This document shows positions 15,470-29,093 of a stretch of DNA of 64,000 bases, piece after piece. Position 1 is the first letter of the stretch; each line of letters opens with the position of its first letter. The notes under the pieces are model-generated. The model saw only the letters and a program-made list of their open reading frames with translations, did no database searches and was not told where the DNA came from. The stretch comes from the human T2T-CHM13v2.0 reference genome, Homo sapiens. A program made the position numbers and the translations under genes. The stretch is taken from NCBI RefSeq assembly GCF_009914755.1, contig NC_060925.1; one strand, 5' to 3'.

Positions 15470-18400
15470 TAAGGGGTGGAAAGAGAGATACCCCATTTGT
15501 TTTGGGAGACAGTAAGAAAGACAAGAAGTGTCTCTTCCTCATAACCCAGAGAATTCTTCTGGATCATTTTCAAGACCATCAAGTTGGTTCCTCTATGAGT
15601 GTGCAAGAACCATAGCATTACTAGGCCTGGGGTACTCCCTAATGCAGACATAGCTTATATCACAAAATCCAAGTTCTTTTGAATACCTGAAAATTCCTTT
15701 CAAGAATCAGGGGTACAAACATGCTCAGACAGTGAAGACTACAAAAATACCTAACTCTTCAGTGCCCAGGCACCAACGATCATCTGCAAGCATCAAGATT
15801 ACCCAGGAAAACAGGAAAACATGACCTTACCAAACAAACAAAGCAAGGCACAAAGGCTCAATCCTAGAGAAAGAGAGATATGTGATCTTTCAGACAGAAA
15901 ATTCAAAATAACTGTTTTGAGGAATCTACAAGAACTTCAAGATAGAGAAGGAATTCAAAATTCTATCAGATGAATTTAAGAAAGATATTGATATAATTAA
16001 AAAGAATCAAAAAGAAATTTTGGAGTTGAAAAATGCAGCTGACATTCTGAAGAATGCATCAGAGTCTCTAAATAGCAGCATTGATCAACAAGAAAAAAGA
16101 GGTGGTGAGCTTCAAGACAGGCTATTAGAAAACACACAACTAGAAGAGACACAAACACACAAAGAATAAAAACAATAAAGCATGTCTGCAAGATCTACAA
16201 AATAGTCTCCAAAGGGCAAATCTAAGAGTTACTGGCTTAAAAGGGAGGGTAGAGAACGAGATAGGGGTATAAAGTTTATTCAAGTTCCCAAACCTAGAGA
16301 AAGATATCAATACCCAAGTAAATGAAGGTTACAGACCATCAACCAGGATTAATGTTAAGACCACCTCAAGGCATTTAATAATCAAATTCCCAAAAGTCAA
16401 AGATAAATAAAAGGATTTTAAAAGCAGCAAGAGAAAAGAAACAGATAACATACAATGGAGCTCCAATACTTCTGGCAGCACACTTTTCAGCAGAAACCTC
16501 ATGGGCTAGGAGGGAGTGGCATGAGATAGTTAAAGAGCTGAAGAAAAAAAAAACTTTTACCCTAGAATAGTGGTGAAAATATCTTTCAAACATGAAGGAG
16601 AAATAAAGTTTTTCCAAGACAAACAAAAGCTGAGAGATTTCATCAACACAAGACGTGTCCCACGAAAAAATGCTAAAGTGTATCTCAGTCAGAAAGAAAA
16701 TGACATTAGTGAGAAATAAATTATCTGAAGGTGCAAAACTCACTGCTAGTAGTAAGTACACAGAAAAAACACAATATTATAACACTTATAGCTGTGGAGT
16801 GTAAACCACTCTTATCTTAAGTAGAAGAGCTAAAAGATGAACAAATCAAAAATAATAAATACGACTTCTTTCCAAGACACAGTACAAAAAGATATAAATA
16901 AGAATGACAAAAAGCTAAAAATAAAATGAATGAAATTAAAGTTTAGAATTTTATTAGCTTTCTTTTTGCTTGTTTGTTTACGTAAATAGAGTTAACTTGT
17001 TATTAGCTTAATATAATGGGTAGTAAGATATTATTTGCAATCCTCATAACAAGTTCAAATGAAAAATTATACAACAGATACACAACAAATTAAAAGCATG
17101 AAATTAATTTGTACCACCAGAGAAATTTACCTTTAATAAAAGGAAGATAGAAAGGGAGAGAAGACCAGAAAACAAATAACAAAATGGCAGGAGTAAGTCC
17201 TTACTTATCAATACTAACAATAAATGTAAATGCACAAAAGCCTGCAATCAAAAGACATAGAGTGGCTGAATGAATTAAATAAAAGACCCAATGATCTGTT
17301 GCTTACAAGAAATACACTTCACCTATAAAGATAGACAAAGACACATAATAAAGGGGTGGAAAAAGATATTCCAGGCCAATGGAAACCAAAGAACAGAAGT
17401 AGCTATGCTTAGACAAAATAGATTGCAAACAAGAACTATGAGAAAAGACAAAGAAGTTCATTAAATAATGATAAAGTGGTCAGATGAGCAAGAGGACACA
17501 ATTGTAAATACATATGCACCCAACAGTGGAGTACCCAGATATACAAAGCAAATGTTATTAGAACTAAAGAAAGAGATGTACTCTAATACAATACTAACTG
17601 GAGACCAACATCCCACTTTCAGCATTAGATAGATCTTCCAGACAGAAAATGAATAAAGAAACATTAGACTTAATCTGCACTATAAACCAAATGGATCTAA
17701 CAGATATTTACACAACATTTCATTCAATGGCTACAGAATACACATTCCTTTTCTAGCACATGGATTATTCTCAAGGATAAGTCACATGTTAAGTCACAAA
17801 ATAGTTGTAAAACATTAAAAAAAATTAAATAACATGAAGCATCTTCTCTTGACCACAATAGAATAAAAGTAGAAATCAATAATAAGAGGAATTTTGGAAA
17901 CTGTACAAATACAGGAAAATTAAACAATATGCTTCTGAATGACCAATAGGTCAATGAAGAAATTAAGAAGGAAATTGAAAAATTTCTTGAAACAAATGAT
18001 AATGCAAACACAACATGCAAAACCCTATGGGATACAGAAAAAGTAGTACTAAACTATAATTAGTAATACTTACAGCTATAAGTGCCTCCATCAAAAAAGA
18101 AGAAGAATTTTAAATAAATGCTGTAATGATTTATCTTAAACAAATACAAAAGAAAGAACAAATCAAACCCCAAATTAGTAGAATAAAATAAATAATAAAG
18201 ATCTTAGCAGAAGTAAATGAAATTAAAATGAGGGAAACAATACCAAAGATCAACAAAACCAAAAGCTGGTTTCTTGAAAAGATAAACAAAACTGACACAC
18301 ATTTATCCAGAGGAACTAAGAAAAAAAGAAAGAAGACCCAAATAAATAACATTACAAATGGAAAAGGAAACTTTACAACTGCAGAAATTAAAAGGATCGT

Positions 18401-18766
18401 TTGTGGCTACTATGAGCAACCATAGGCCAATAAATTGGAAATTCTAGAAAAAATTGATAAATTCCTATACATATACAACCTACCAAGATGAAACCATGAA
18501 GAAATCCAAAACCTGAATAGAGCAATAATAGGTAACAAGATCACAGTCATAATAAAGTATCTCTCAGTAACAAAAAGCCAGTAACCTAATGGATTTGCTG
18601 CTGAATTCTGTCAAATGTTTAAAGGAGAACTAATACCCATATTAAACTATTATGATAGTTTTATGTTAAATGTCAAATTAAAGTATTCTGAAACATAGAG
18701 AAGGGAATACTTCCAAGCTCATTCTATGAGGCCAGTAGAATTCTGACACCAAAAGCAGAAAAAAAC

Positions 18767-20239
18767 TCTTTTTTATGATTTCCATTCTTTTGCATTTGTT
18801 GAGGAGTGTTTTACTTCCAATTATGTGGTCAATTTTAGAATAAGTGTGATGTGATGCTGAGAAGAATGTATATTCTGCTGATTTGGGGTGGAAAGTTCTG
18901 TAGATGTCTATTAGGTCAGCTTGGTCCAGAGCTGAGTTCAAGTCCTAAATATCCTTGTCAATTTTCTGTGTCACTGATCTTGTCTGATATTGACAGTGGG
19001 GTGATAAAGTCTCCCATCATTTTTGTGGGGGGGTCTAAGTCTCTTTGTAGGTCTCTAAGAACTTGCTTTATGAACCTGGGTGCTCCTGTATTGGGTGCAT
19101 ATATATTTAGGATAGTTAGCTCTTCTTTTTGCATTGATCCTTTACCATAATGTAATGCCCTTTGCCTTTTTTTGATATTTGTTGGGTAAAAGTCTGTTTC
19201 ATCAGAGACTAGGATTGCAAAATGGAATCTAATTAAACTAATGAGCTTCTGCACAGCAAAATAAACTATCATCAGCATGAACAGACAATCCAGAGAATGG
19301 GAGAAAATTTTTGCAATTTTTGCAATGTATCCATCTGACAAAGGGCTAATAACCAGAATCTACAAAAACATAAACAAATTTACAAGAAAAAAACAAACAC
19401 TCCATCAAAAAGTGGGTGAAGGATATGAACAGACACTTCTCAAAAGAAGATATTTATGTGACCAACAAACATATGAAAAAAAGCTCATCATCACTGGACA
19501 TTAAAGAAATGCAAATCAAAACCACAATGAGATACCATCCCATGTCGGTCATTAAAAAGTCAGGAAACAACAGATGTTGCAGGAGATGTGGAGAAACAGG
19601 AACTCTTTTGCACTGTTGGTGGGAGTGTAAATTAGTTCAAACATTGTGGAAGACGGTGTGGTGATTCCTCAAGGATCTAGAACCAGAAATACCATTTGAG
19701 CCAGCAATCCCATTACTGGGTATATAACAAAAGGATTATAGATCATTCTACTATAAAGACACATACACACGTATGTTTATTGCAGCACTGTTCACAATAG
19801 CAAAGAATTGGAACCAACCCAAATGCTCATCAAAGATAGATTGGATAAAGAAAATGTGTCACATATACACCACAGAATACTATGCAGCCATAAAAAAGGA
19901 TGAGTTCTTGTCCTTTGCAGGAACATGGATAAAGCTGGAAACTATCATTCTCAGCAAACTAACACAGGAACAGAAAACTGAACACCGCATGTTCTCAATC
20001 ATAAGTAGGATTTGAACAATGAGAACACGTGGACAAAGGAGGGAAACATCACACACTGGGGCTTTTGGGGGGTGGGGGGTAGGGGAGGGATAGCATTAGG
20101 AGAAGTACCTAATGTGGATGACGGGTTGATGGGTGCAGCAAACCACCATGGCATGTGTATACCTATGTAACAAACCTGTGTGTTCTGCACATGTATCCCA
20201 GAACTTATAGTTAAAAAAAAAAAAAAAAAAAAAAAAAAA
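18767..20239 (+). mobile_element. L1PA7-like element nested in L1MA ORF2, with an inverted 5' segment
   Basis: Antisense endonuclease-domain piece 18767-~19220, then sense ORF2 3' end and 3'UTR with poly(A) at 20213-20239. TSD aaaagcagaaaaaaac (18751-18766) / aaaaacagaaaaagac (20235-20250). Confidence 0.92.
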
Positions 20240-20305
20240 CAGAAAAAGACACATCAAATAAAGGAAACTAAGGCCAATATCCCTGATGAATATTAGTGCA
20301 AAAAT

Positions 20306-20403
20306 CCTCAACAATATACTAGGAAACTGAATTAAATAATACATTAAAAAGATCCCTCAACAATATACTAGGAAACTGAATTAAATAATACATTAAAAAG
20401 ATC
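20306..20403. repeat. Perfect 49-bp tandem duplication
   Basis: cctcaacaatatactaggaaactgaattaaataatacattaaaaagatc occurs twice, at 20306-20354 and 20355-20403. Confidence 0.97.
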
Positions 20404-22939
20404 ATTCATCATGACCAAGTGGGATTTATCCCAGAGATGCAAGGATGGTTCAAAATATGAAAATCAATTAATGTGATACATAATATTAATAGAATTAAGG
20501 TCAAAAACCATATCATCATGTCAGTTGATGCTGAAAAAGCATTTGATAAAATTCAAAATCCCTTCATGATAAAAACCCTTAAAAAACTGGGGATAGAAGA
20601 AATATGTCTCAACATAATAAAAGCCATATGTGTCAGACCCATAGCTAATATCAAACTGAGTGGAGAAAACAACTGAAATACTTTCCTCTAATATTGGGAA
20701 CGTGACGAAGATGCCCACATTTGCCACTGTTATTCAGCATAGTACAGAAAGTACTAAAGCTAGAGAAATAAAATATGAGGAAGAAATAAAGTGGCATCCA
20801 AACTGAAGAGGAAGAAGTCAAATTATCCTGTTTGCAGGTGATATGATCTTTTATTTGGAAAAACCTAAAGTCTCTACCAAAAGCTATTCTAACTGATAAA
20901 TAAATACACTCAAGTTTTAGGATAAAAAAAATCAGCATTCAAAAATCACTAGCATTTCCATATGCTAACAGCAAACAAGCTGAAAAAGAAATTGAGAAAG
21001 TAATCTCATTTATAATAGCTACAAATAAAATTGAAAACCTAAGAACTAACTTAACTAAAGAAGTGAAAGTTCTCTGTAATTAAAACTATCAAACACTGAT
21101 TCAAGAACTTGAAGAGGACAGCAAAAAACGGTAAGATATATCAGGTTCATAGATTGGCTGAATCAATATTGTTAAAATGTCCATACTCCCAAAGCAATCT
21201 ACAGATTCAACGCAATACTAGCAAACTACCAATGACATTTTTTGCAGAAATAGAAAAAACAATCCTAAAATTTATGCAGAATCACAAAAGACCTAAAATA
21301 GTCAAGCTATCTTAAGCAATAATAACAAAACTGGAAGAATCACATCACCTGGCTTCAAATTGTGCTACAGAAGTATAGTATCCCAAACAGCATGGCATGA
21401 GTGTAAAAATGATACATAGAACAGAGGAATGGAATAGAGAACCCATAAATAAGCTTATCCATCTACAGTGAACTCATTTTTGATAGAAGTGCCCAGAACA
21501 TACAATGGGGAAAGAACAATCTCTTCAATAAATGGTACTGGGAAAACTGGATATTCATATTCAGAAGAAAGAAACTAAATGTCTGTCTCTTGCCATGTAC
21601 AAAAATCAAATCGAAATGGTTGAAGACTCAAATATAAGACCTCAAACTATGAAACTATGACAAAAAAACTTTGGGGAACTCTCCAGGACATTGGACTGGA
21701 GTAAGATCACTTGAGCTAAACCCAACAACCACAGGCAACCAAAGCAAAAATGGACAAATGGGATTACATCAAGTTAAAAAACTTCCACACAGCAAAAGAA
21801 ACAATCAAAAAAGTGAAGAGACAACCCACAGAATGAAAGAAAATATTTGCAAGCTACCCACCTGAAAAGGGATTAATAACCAGAATATATAAGAACATCA
21901 AACAACTAAATAGAAAAAATCTAATAATTGGATTATTTAAAAAATGGGAAAAAGATTCATTAGGCATTTCTCAAAAGAAGAGATACAAATGGCAAACAGG
22001 TATATGAAAAGGTGCTCAATATTATTGATCATCAGAGAAATACAGATTAAAACTACAATGAGTTATCATTTTACCCCAGTCAAAATGGCTTTTATCCAAA
22101 AGTAAGGCAATAACAAATGCTGGTGAGGATGTGGATAAAAGAGAACCCTTGTACACTGTTGATAGGAATGTAAATTACTACAACCACTATAGAGAACAAT
22201 TTGGAGGTTCCTCAAAGAACTAAAAATAGAGTTACCATGTGATCCAGCAATCTCACTCCTAGGTATATACCTAAAAGAAAGGAAATCAGTATATTGAAGA
22301 GATACATGCACTCCCCTGTTTATTGCAGGAGTATTCACAACAGGCAAGGTTTGGATGCAACCTAAGTGTTCATTAACAGACAAATTGCAATGAAAATATG
22401 GTACATATACACGGTGGAATACTATTCAGCCACACACAAGAAAGAATGAGAACCTGTCAATTGCAACAACATGAGTCATTTTGTTGAGTGAAATAAGCTA
22501 TGCACAGAAAGACAAACTTCACATGTTCTCACTTATTTGTGGGAGCTAAACATTGAAATAATTGAACTCATAGAGAGAGTGAGTAGATGGATGCTTATGA
22601 GAGTCTGGGAAGGGTAGTGGGAGGGGGTGGAGGAGAAGTGGGGATTGTTAATTGGTACAAAAATTGTTAGAAAGAATGAATAAGACCTAGTATTTGCTAG
22701 CACAACAGGGCAACTATAGTAAAAAATAATTTAATTGTACATTTTTTTCAAATCACGAAATGTGTAAAACTGGATTGTTTGTAACATAAAAAATAAATGT
22801 CTGAGCTGATGGATACCCCAAATGTTTGATGTGATTATTATAGATTGCAAGCCTGAATAAAAATATCTCATGTAACCAAGAAATACATACACCTATTATG
22901 TACTCACAAAAATTAAAATAAAGAATTTTTATAAAAGAG

Positions 22940-23900
22940 TGATATGAACTAAGTTTTAATTTTGAAAGCTCACTCTGGCTACAAGATGAAAGATGGATAG
23001 GCTGATAAAGTGGGGAAGAAGGGACACACTGAAGGTAAAAGGTTGTTAGTTTGGTATTTCACTATTTCATGCTAATTAAAACAAAAGCCTGCTTGAACTC
23101 AATATTAGTTGGTGTCATGCAAAATAGGAAATAGATTTCAGAACAATTCAGGAGGAAAGATCAAATGGATTTGGCAATTAATTGTATGTGATGGTTGAGG
23201 GATAGGATTCAATGGGAAATGAAAAACTGGAAGGCTAGGTGTACAGTGATGCTTTTTACAAAGCTATGAGATGAGAAATAAGAAAATATGGAAGAAAAAA
23301 TTTTGAGTTTTCTCAAAAAGAGCCCGTTAAATAGTAATATTTCTGGAATATATGACTGGAAATATGTGGCAAGAAGTTAGATTGCCCCTACGGAAATCAA
23401 GGCTATAGATGTCCTATCTGATATCTACCTACAGTATCTCTCTTAGTATCTACATGTGTGTCTCACATGCATATCGGAAATGGGTTCCGTAAAAGAGAAG
23501 AGGGTGATATATAAGGAGGCTGAGATTTAAAGTAAGAAGAGGGGTAGGCTGTGAGAATAGAATACGAGAGATCACCAGTTTAAATGGTATGCAGAAGAGA
23601 TGTTCATGAGAGAAACTTAGAAGTAGAGGTCAGGTCGTAAGAAGACAACTGGTCTCATAGAAGGCAACTAGGAATTATGAAAGTCAAAGAGCTTATGTAT
23701 CCACCCTGTGAAATGTATTACTATAGGTCTTTATTCCAGATATATAAACATTTAAATAAGTCTTTTGGTGGTTTACCCTTGCCAGGGTAATTTCAGTCTG
23801 TTTGGCACAAAAGCCAAACAGCTGTGAGTTGCATGGTAAATGGAAAATGAGGAAGTGGGGACAAGGAGTGCAGACTATCTTTTCATGAAAAAGAGGGCAA
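22940..23900 (-). mobile_element. Degenerate L2 fragments
   Basis: L2-like phrases such as 'gctcactctggct', 'ggatttggcaattaattgtatgtg' and 'taatttcagt...aaagccaaacagctgtgagttg'; boundaries approximate. Confidence 0.6.
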
Positions 23901-24145
23901 AAAGGTTGTAACCACAAAGAGGCACAAAGTCAACGTAGCCAAATTCAGGTTAGGCGAGAAATGAGGATGCTTAGGAGAAAAAAAAAAACTACAATAGAAT
24001 GAGGAAGTTTACAATGTTGACATGATAGTAGTAAAAGATAGAGCAAGATTAGAGGGGACAAGATAAATGGAGTTTCAGAGACAGCAGGACAGGTGGAATG
24101 AGGAGGAGAGATACCTCACCTCTAAGAATAAAATACAGCTACATA

Positions 24146-24255
24146 GCCTGTAGCTCCAGCTACTCGGGAGGCTAAGTTGAGAGTATCATTTAATCCCAGG
24201 AAATCAAGGCCAGCCTGAATAACATAGCAAGACTTCCATCTCTCTCTTTACAAGA
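24146..24255 (+). mobile_element. Monomeric Alu fossil (FLAM-like)
   Basis: 'gcctgtagctccagctactcgggaggct...aaggccagcctgaataacatagcaagac'; single arm. Confidence 0.8.
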
Positions 24256-24447
24256 AAAGACATATAAACACAATTTTCAATTCCACTCCTGCCACTTAGA
24301 ATTGTGACATTAGACAATTTAACAAAACAAATTCCTAACATTATCTCAGCATATAGGGCAAGTAGTTTACATAAAGCAAGTAAAGCGTGGGATTTAAAAT
24401 TAATATTAATATTAATATTGGATTATAAATGAACATGAAGAAGGTAG

Positions 24448-24452
<5 letters not shown>

Positions 24453-24482
<30 letters not shown>

Positions 24483-24488
24483 TGTGTG
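24453..24488. repeat. (TG)n microsatellite
   Basis: Seen directly in the sequence. Confidence 0.95.
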
Positions 24489-27407
24489 CGTATGAGATGA
24501 CGGAGGAGGGAAGCTAAGGAAAACCATACCTATTTCCACACGTCTTGATGCTGTCCTTGAGAACTTCTTTCCTTTTGTTGTTTCTCCTGTCCACATTCCA
24601 TGGCATAGAATGGGGGTGTGAGGCAGACAAGATATGTGATTCTAGAAAATTCAAAGTTCGATTCAAAATTTGCTGATAATCTAGTTTGTTCAAGGCATTT
24701 CACCAAAGGAGAGTGTTAAAAAAACAAACAAACAAAAAAGATAATTAAGCAGAGAGACCCAGCCCAAAGAAGCTCATGGTCTACAGGGGTAGAGAGGTAA
24801 ACACATAAATACCTGAAGGGTAAATACATAGTCACTTGAAGTTGCATCTTTTTTCTCTTTTACAGTAAAATAGAACTCAGCCATTTTAAAACACCACTCT
24901 AATGAGATCTTTCAAGCTCTTGAAATGTCATTTGATGTATAGATACATTTGACATACATTAAAGAAGTAACCTAAAAGGTTTATCAGACCAAAGGAAGTG
25001 TGACTTTCCAGCCTGAGATGGAGTGACGGAAGTCATTGAAATGATTTATTGATAAGTGATAATATGCAGTTGTGGTTCAAAGAAGGGCAGAGTCAGCTCC
25101 TAATAAGAAAAAATTTCATTCCAAGGGTATCCTGCATTTTTTTATTTATTTCAGAGATAAAAATAGGGTGTAGGCAGGGAGAATTGGTTTCCTTGAAACA
25201 AGAACTTTTGCAAAGTGAAAAACTTGAAATTAGATTATACATCAGCATGAATAAGATAGCCTAGCATGATCTCCACTTTCAACTTTGGTGTGTTGGTAAT
25301 ATGCCTGGCCTTGGCAGAGTTATTTTTGCAGAAATAAAGATTGCCTTTCTTACATAGTATTCTCTCCTTCTTGGACCTGTGGAAAAAGCAGGTTCTTCAT
25401 TTGCAACTCTTAAGATTTTCAGATCAGTAAACAGTATGACTATACACTTAGCTCTGAAGCTCAGTTGTGAGATAGATAGAAAAAATATTTATGTTTATAA
25501 GGTGAATCTCTGATTTAATATGTTGTTAGAGTTGATATGATTTATTTCCAAATACAGCAATTTTTAAATGTCTAATATTTTATTTAAATGCTTATGTTCA
25601 CCAAATTTATCCCTGTAAAATGCCCAAATGTGCTAGCTGAACAGTTTGAATTTTAAAACTTTTCGTTAAAAATAAAATGTTACTAAAAGTAGAATCTATG
25701 ATTTTCAGTGAATTATTCAATAAAATACTCAAAAGAATAGAAGGCACAGAGTACCAAAGTAAAAAGATTAAAATATATAATAAAAGTGATAGAAATGTAA
25801 AATATTTACTGAAAATCACATATATATTATTTATATTTTATTTCTAAGGATTTTGAACTCAGCATTGCTGTTAACCCATGACAATTATATTTTCTGGATA
25901 GAAAGGTGTTCAATGGGAAGCACTCCTCACCTCCAAACAAACCTCTCTGGTGTCTACTGAATGTTGTCCGACTACAAATCAGAGAAAGGTTGAGAGTAAT
26001 AGCAATTTCTCTGTCCTCTACAGGACAAGCCAGTTGGACTTGACTTATTCAAGAAATACCTCACCACTCACTTTGTACGGGTAACCAAAGTACCAAGCAT
26101 GATGTCTTGTCACAAGTAGAAGAGATTTTGACATAATATAGCTGGGAAAGAAAAGAGTGGCAACCCAGAGTTATGTAGTGTGTTGGGTCAGGTATATATC
26201 TAGAGATATTTGGAGACTCAGGGAAAATTTAATTCAACTTTATAATCTTTTTCACATTTTCTCTCCTCTAGTTTTGTTCATTTGTAATTATTCTTACATT
26301 ATTCAAGCTTTTTTTTTTGGCTGATTTTACAGATACATATATATGTCAAACTCCAGATCCTCCTGCAACAAAATCATTGCTTTTCTTTCTTTCTAGAACA
26401 AATTGAAATTAACTCAACTGGCCTAAATCAGTTTGGATTGTACTTAAGACCTGTGGATTAAGTGAATCTTTTTCTGAAATAATCCCAAGTAATAATCCCA
26501 TTACAAGTAATGGACAAAAAAAAATCATTCTATGTCTTAATCTCATTACTCTGTACCTCAATATGTTCTAATTCAGATAGGATCTATAAATAAATATCAT
26601 GAATAAATACGTATAGGGAGACTGGCTGGTGTGCTGAGCACAGTTTATAATGTTAAAGCTAAAGGGGGCCTTTCCAACAAATTCAAGTATAAGTTCAAAC
26701 GAGAAAAATCACACATTATTTCCTATTTACTATTGGCATTTCTTATCCCTAAGGAAGTAGTAGTAATAAGTGGCTTTAGAAATATGTGTGAGTGTGTGTG
26801 TTTATGCATGCGTGTACATATGTGTTGAAAAGCAGCATGGATTTTGTTGAGCCAGCATGAAGTCTTACAAGAGAGGAGACTATGCATGCTTTTTCAATTA
26901 ACTCTGTCCGTAGATACTTTTCATACAAGTAGTGAAATAAATCATAATAACTACTTATCACCGATTATTACTTAAAGCATTTTTTTTTGTTTCTGTGTAC
27001 TACTTCTTGTTCATTTCCTAGATAAATTTCAATGGCTAAGACTTTTATGTCAGGGTCACTTTCTATTAGATAATGCTGACACAAAAATGTTTCTGCCTCT
27101 TGTGATAGAAAATTACAAACAGGATCACATGCTAAAGGAAAACAATCCTTCTTCACAATTAAAATTTAAATCACTCTACAAACCAAGTAAATGCTGGTGT
27201 GTTTTTCTAACCTTCTCTACGGTAGTCGATACATGGGTCAGAAAAGTAGAGTGACTTTTAGATTAACAAATGTATTAAAATAGCAAATTCTAAGACGCAA
27301 TCAGTAATACATTCAGGAATTTTTGTACCAGAGCCAGTTTCTAAAGATAGGGAAAAATCAGACCAAAAGAAAATGGCAAATAACAACAAACTAGAAAGGG
27401 TTGGTTT

Positions 27408-27445
27408 ACACACACACACGCGTGCACACACACACACACACACAC
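27408..27445. repeat. Interrupted (CA)n microsatellite
   Basis: Seen directly; the interruption is 'cacgcgtgcac'. Confidence 0.9.
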
Positions 27446-28924
27446 TTGATTCTCAACCACGGACCCGAGAACAGCAAACTCTTTCAAGTTGTATATGTAT
27501 ATTCTCACTTCTCACTCCATCCTTTACAACGTCCTTTCATATCTGGATCTCAGCTTCTTCCTTGCCTCATTTTTCTTTAGATTATAATATATTTATATTT
27601 CTACAACTGGTACAGATTATGTTAGCATATTCACCTGGAGTTCTATGAGTGTAGCTGCATGACCACAGATGCTTGATAATAAAAAAGGGGGGGTGGGGCT
27701 GCATTAAAGTAGCAGATATGACTCAATGAGAAGACCAAGGAGAGCTGTGATGGTAGAAGCTAGAAGGCTCGGTTAGGATTGCCATGGCTGTCACATGGCA
27801 CCTTAGCTATGCTTGCTTCAGAGTCCACTTTTCTTCCCATTTCAACATCAAGTAGCTGAAACAGGCTTAAACCAGTTTTTCTGTTGGCTGCTGAGCCAAA
27901 GAGACAGGAAATCATTAAAGGGAAAACATTTCTAGCAAAGGTCACTTTAATAGAAAATTACGTCAATCACTTTGAAGAAAAAAAGTACATTTCAATTGAT
28001 GTCATTTGTCCATAGGATAACATCCGTTTTCGTTTCTGACTTGAGTTTTTAAAAGTTCGTCTAACTTTTGAAACAAGTACATTAAAAATTAACCATCCCT
28101 TCAACAGCGATTTCAATCATTTGAAAGGGAAGAGATGGTTATCAGCTATTTCATGTCAGAAGCTAAATGGTTACCTACTTGGAAGGGAAGAGAATTTTTT
28201 TAAATGTACTCCCAGTGGAATGCTAAAAGGAGCAAACCTTTCTGAGCAAGAAGATCAAGTGTTTACTTCTTAAGCATACTTTCTTCCACAATTGAAATTT
28301 GGTAATACACATCTTAAGGATATTGAAAATTTTTTTTCTCACTATGAGTCTTAAGCATATGCCATTTGCTGCCTAAAAATATCTTATTACTTTGGTTGTT
28401 TGTGTGTGTTTTAGAAAGAGAGAGAGGGAGGGAGGGAGAGAGTGGGAGGGGAAGAGGAAGAGAAAAAAGAAAAGAGGAAGAGGGAAAGAAAATTTACAAA
28501 ATGTCTAGTAAATGACAAGTACAAATGCTGCAATTGTTTCTGGTTTTCCCTCAACCCTATGAGAAGGGTTTCTTGAGTCTGCTGGCCTGAAATGCCCATG
28601 CTTCAAGCCAGACCCTTTTTCCCGTTTATTTCCACTAATCTTTCTGATCTATACAATGGCTGAAATGGTTTCTCAATCATCTCTCATTTTAAATGTACAA
28701 GATATAAGACTCATATTAAACTATAGGTTCATTATGTAGGCAAAACTCTAGACATGATTCTACCCGAATGATCAGCCTTAAGAGGCCTGCGTGTCCCTGG
28801 CTCCCAGGCTACACACATATTCCTGGTCTCTGATCCTTTCTTTCCCTTACATGCAACTGTAGCACAGTCTATGCACCAAAATGGGAAAGCATTTGTTTAA
28901 GAACAACATCTATATGCTCCATTG

Positions 28925-29093
28925 CAGTGCTTCTTATAAAGTGTGGTCCTCAGACTAGCAGCCCCAGCCTCGGAAGACTCAGGCTTCATCTCAGACCTAC
29001 CAAGTTAGCAACTCTAGAATTGGAGACCAGCAACCTGTGCATGATCAAGTTCATCGCGTGATTTGGATGCACACTAAAGTCTGAGAATCACTG
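28925..29093. mobile_element. MER5A-like hAT-Charlie MITE
   Basis: Termini 'cagtgcttct...' and '...agaatcactg'; degenerate 8-bp TSD ctccattg / ccctattg. Confidence 0.8.

Larger units (their letters stand above)
14240..22930 (+). mobile_element. Near full-length, decayed L1MA (L1MA1-3-like) LINE
   Basis: Long 5'UTR with internal repeats, ORF1 remnant ~15800-16760, ORF2 start 'atggcaggagtaagtccttacttatcaata' at 17184, RT and C-terminal remnants, L1MA-type 3'UTR ending '...tatgtactcacaaaaattaaaataaa'. Confidence 0.9.

Noticed and set aside
24402-24419. 18-bp perfect palindrome aatattaatattaatatt
   Set aside because: Simple (AATATT)3 repeat, expected in AT-rich DNA; too short for a PATRR-type element.
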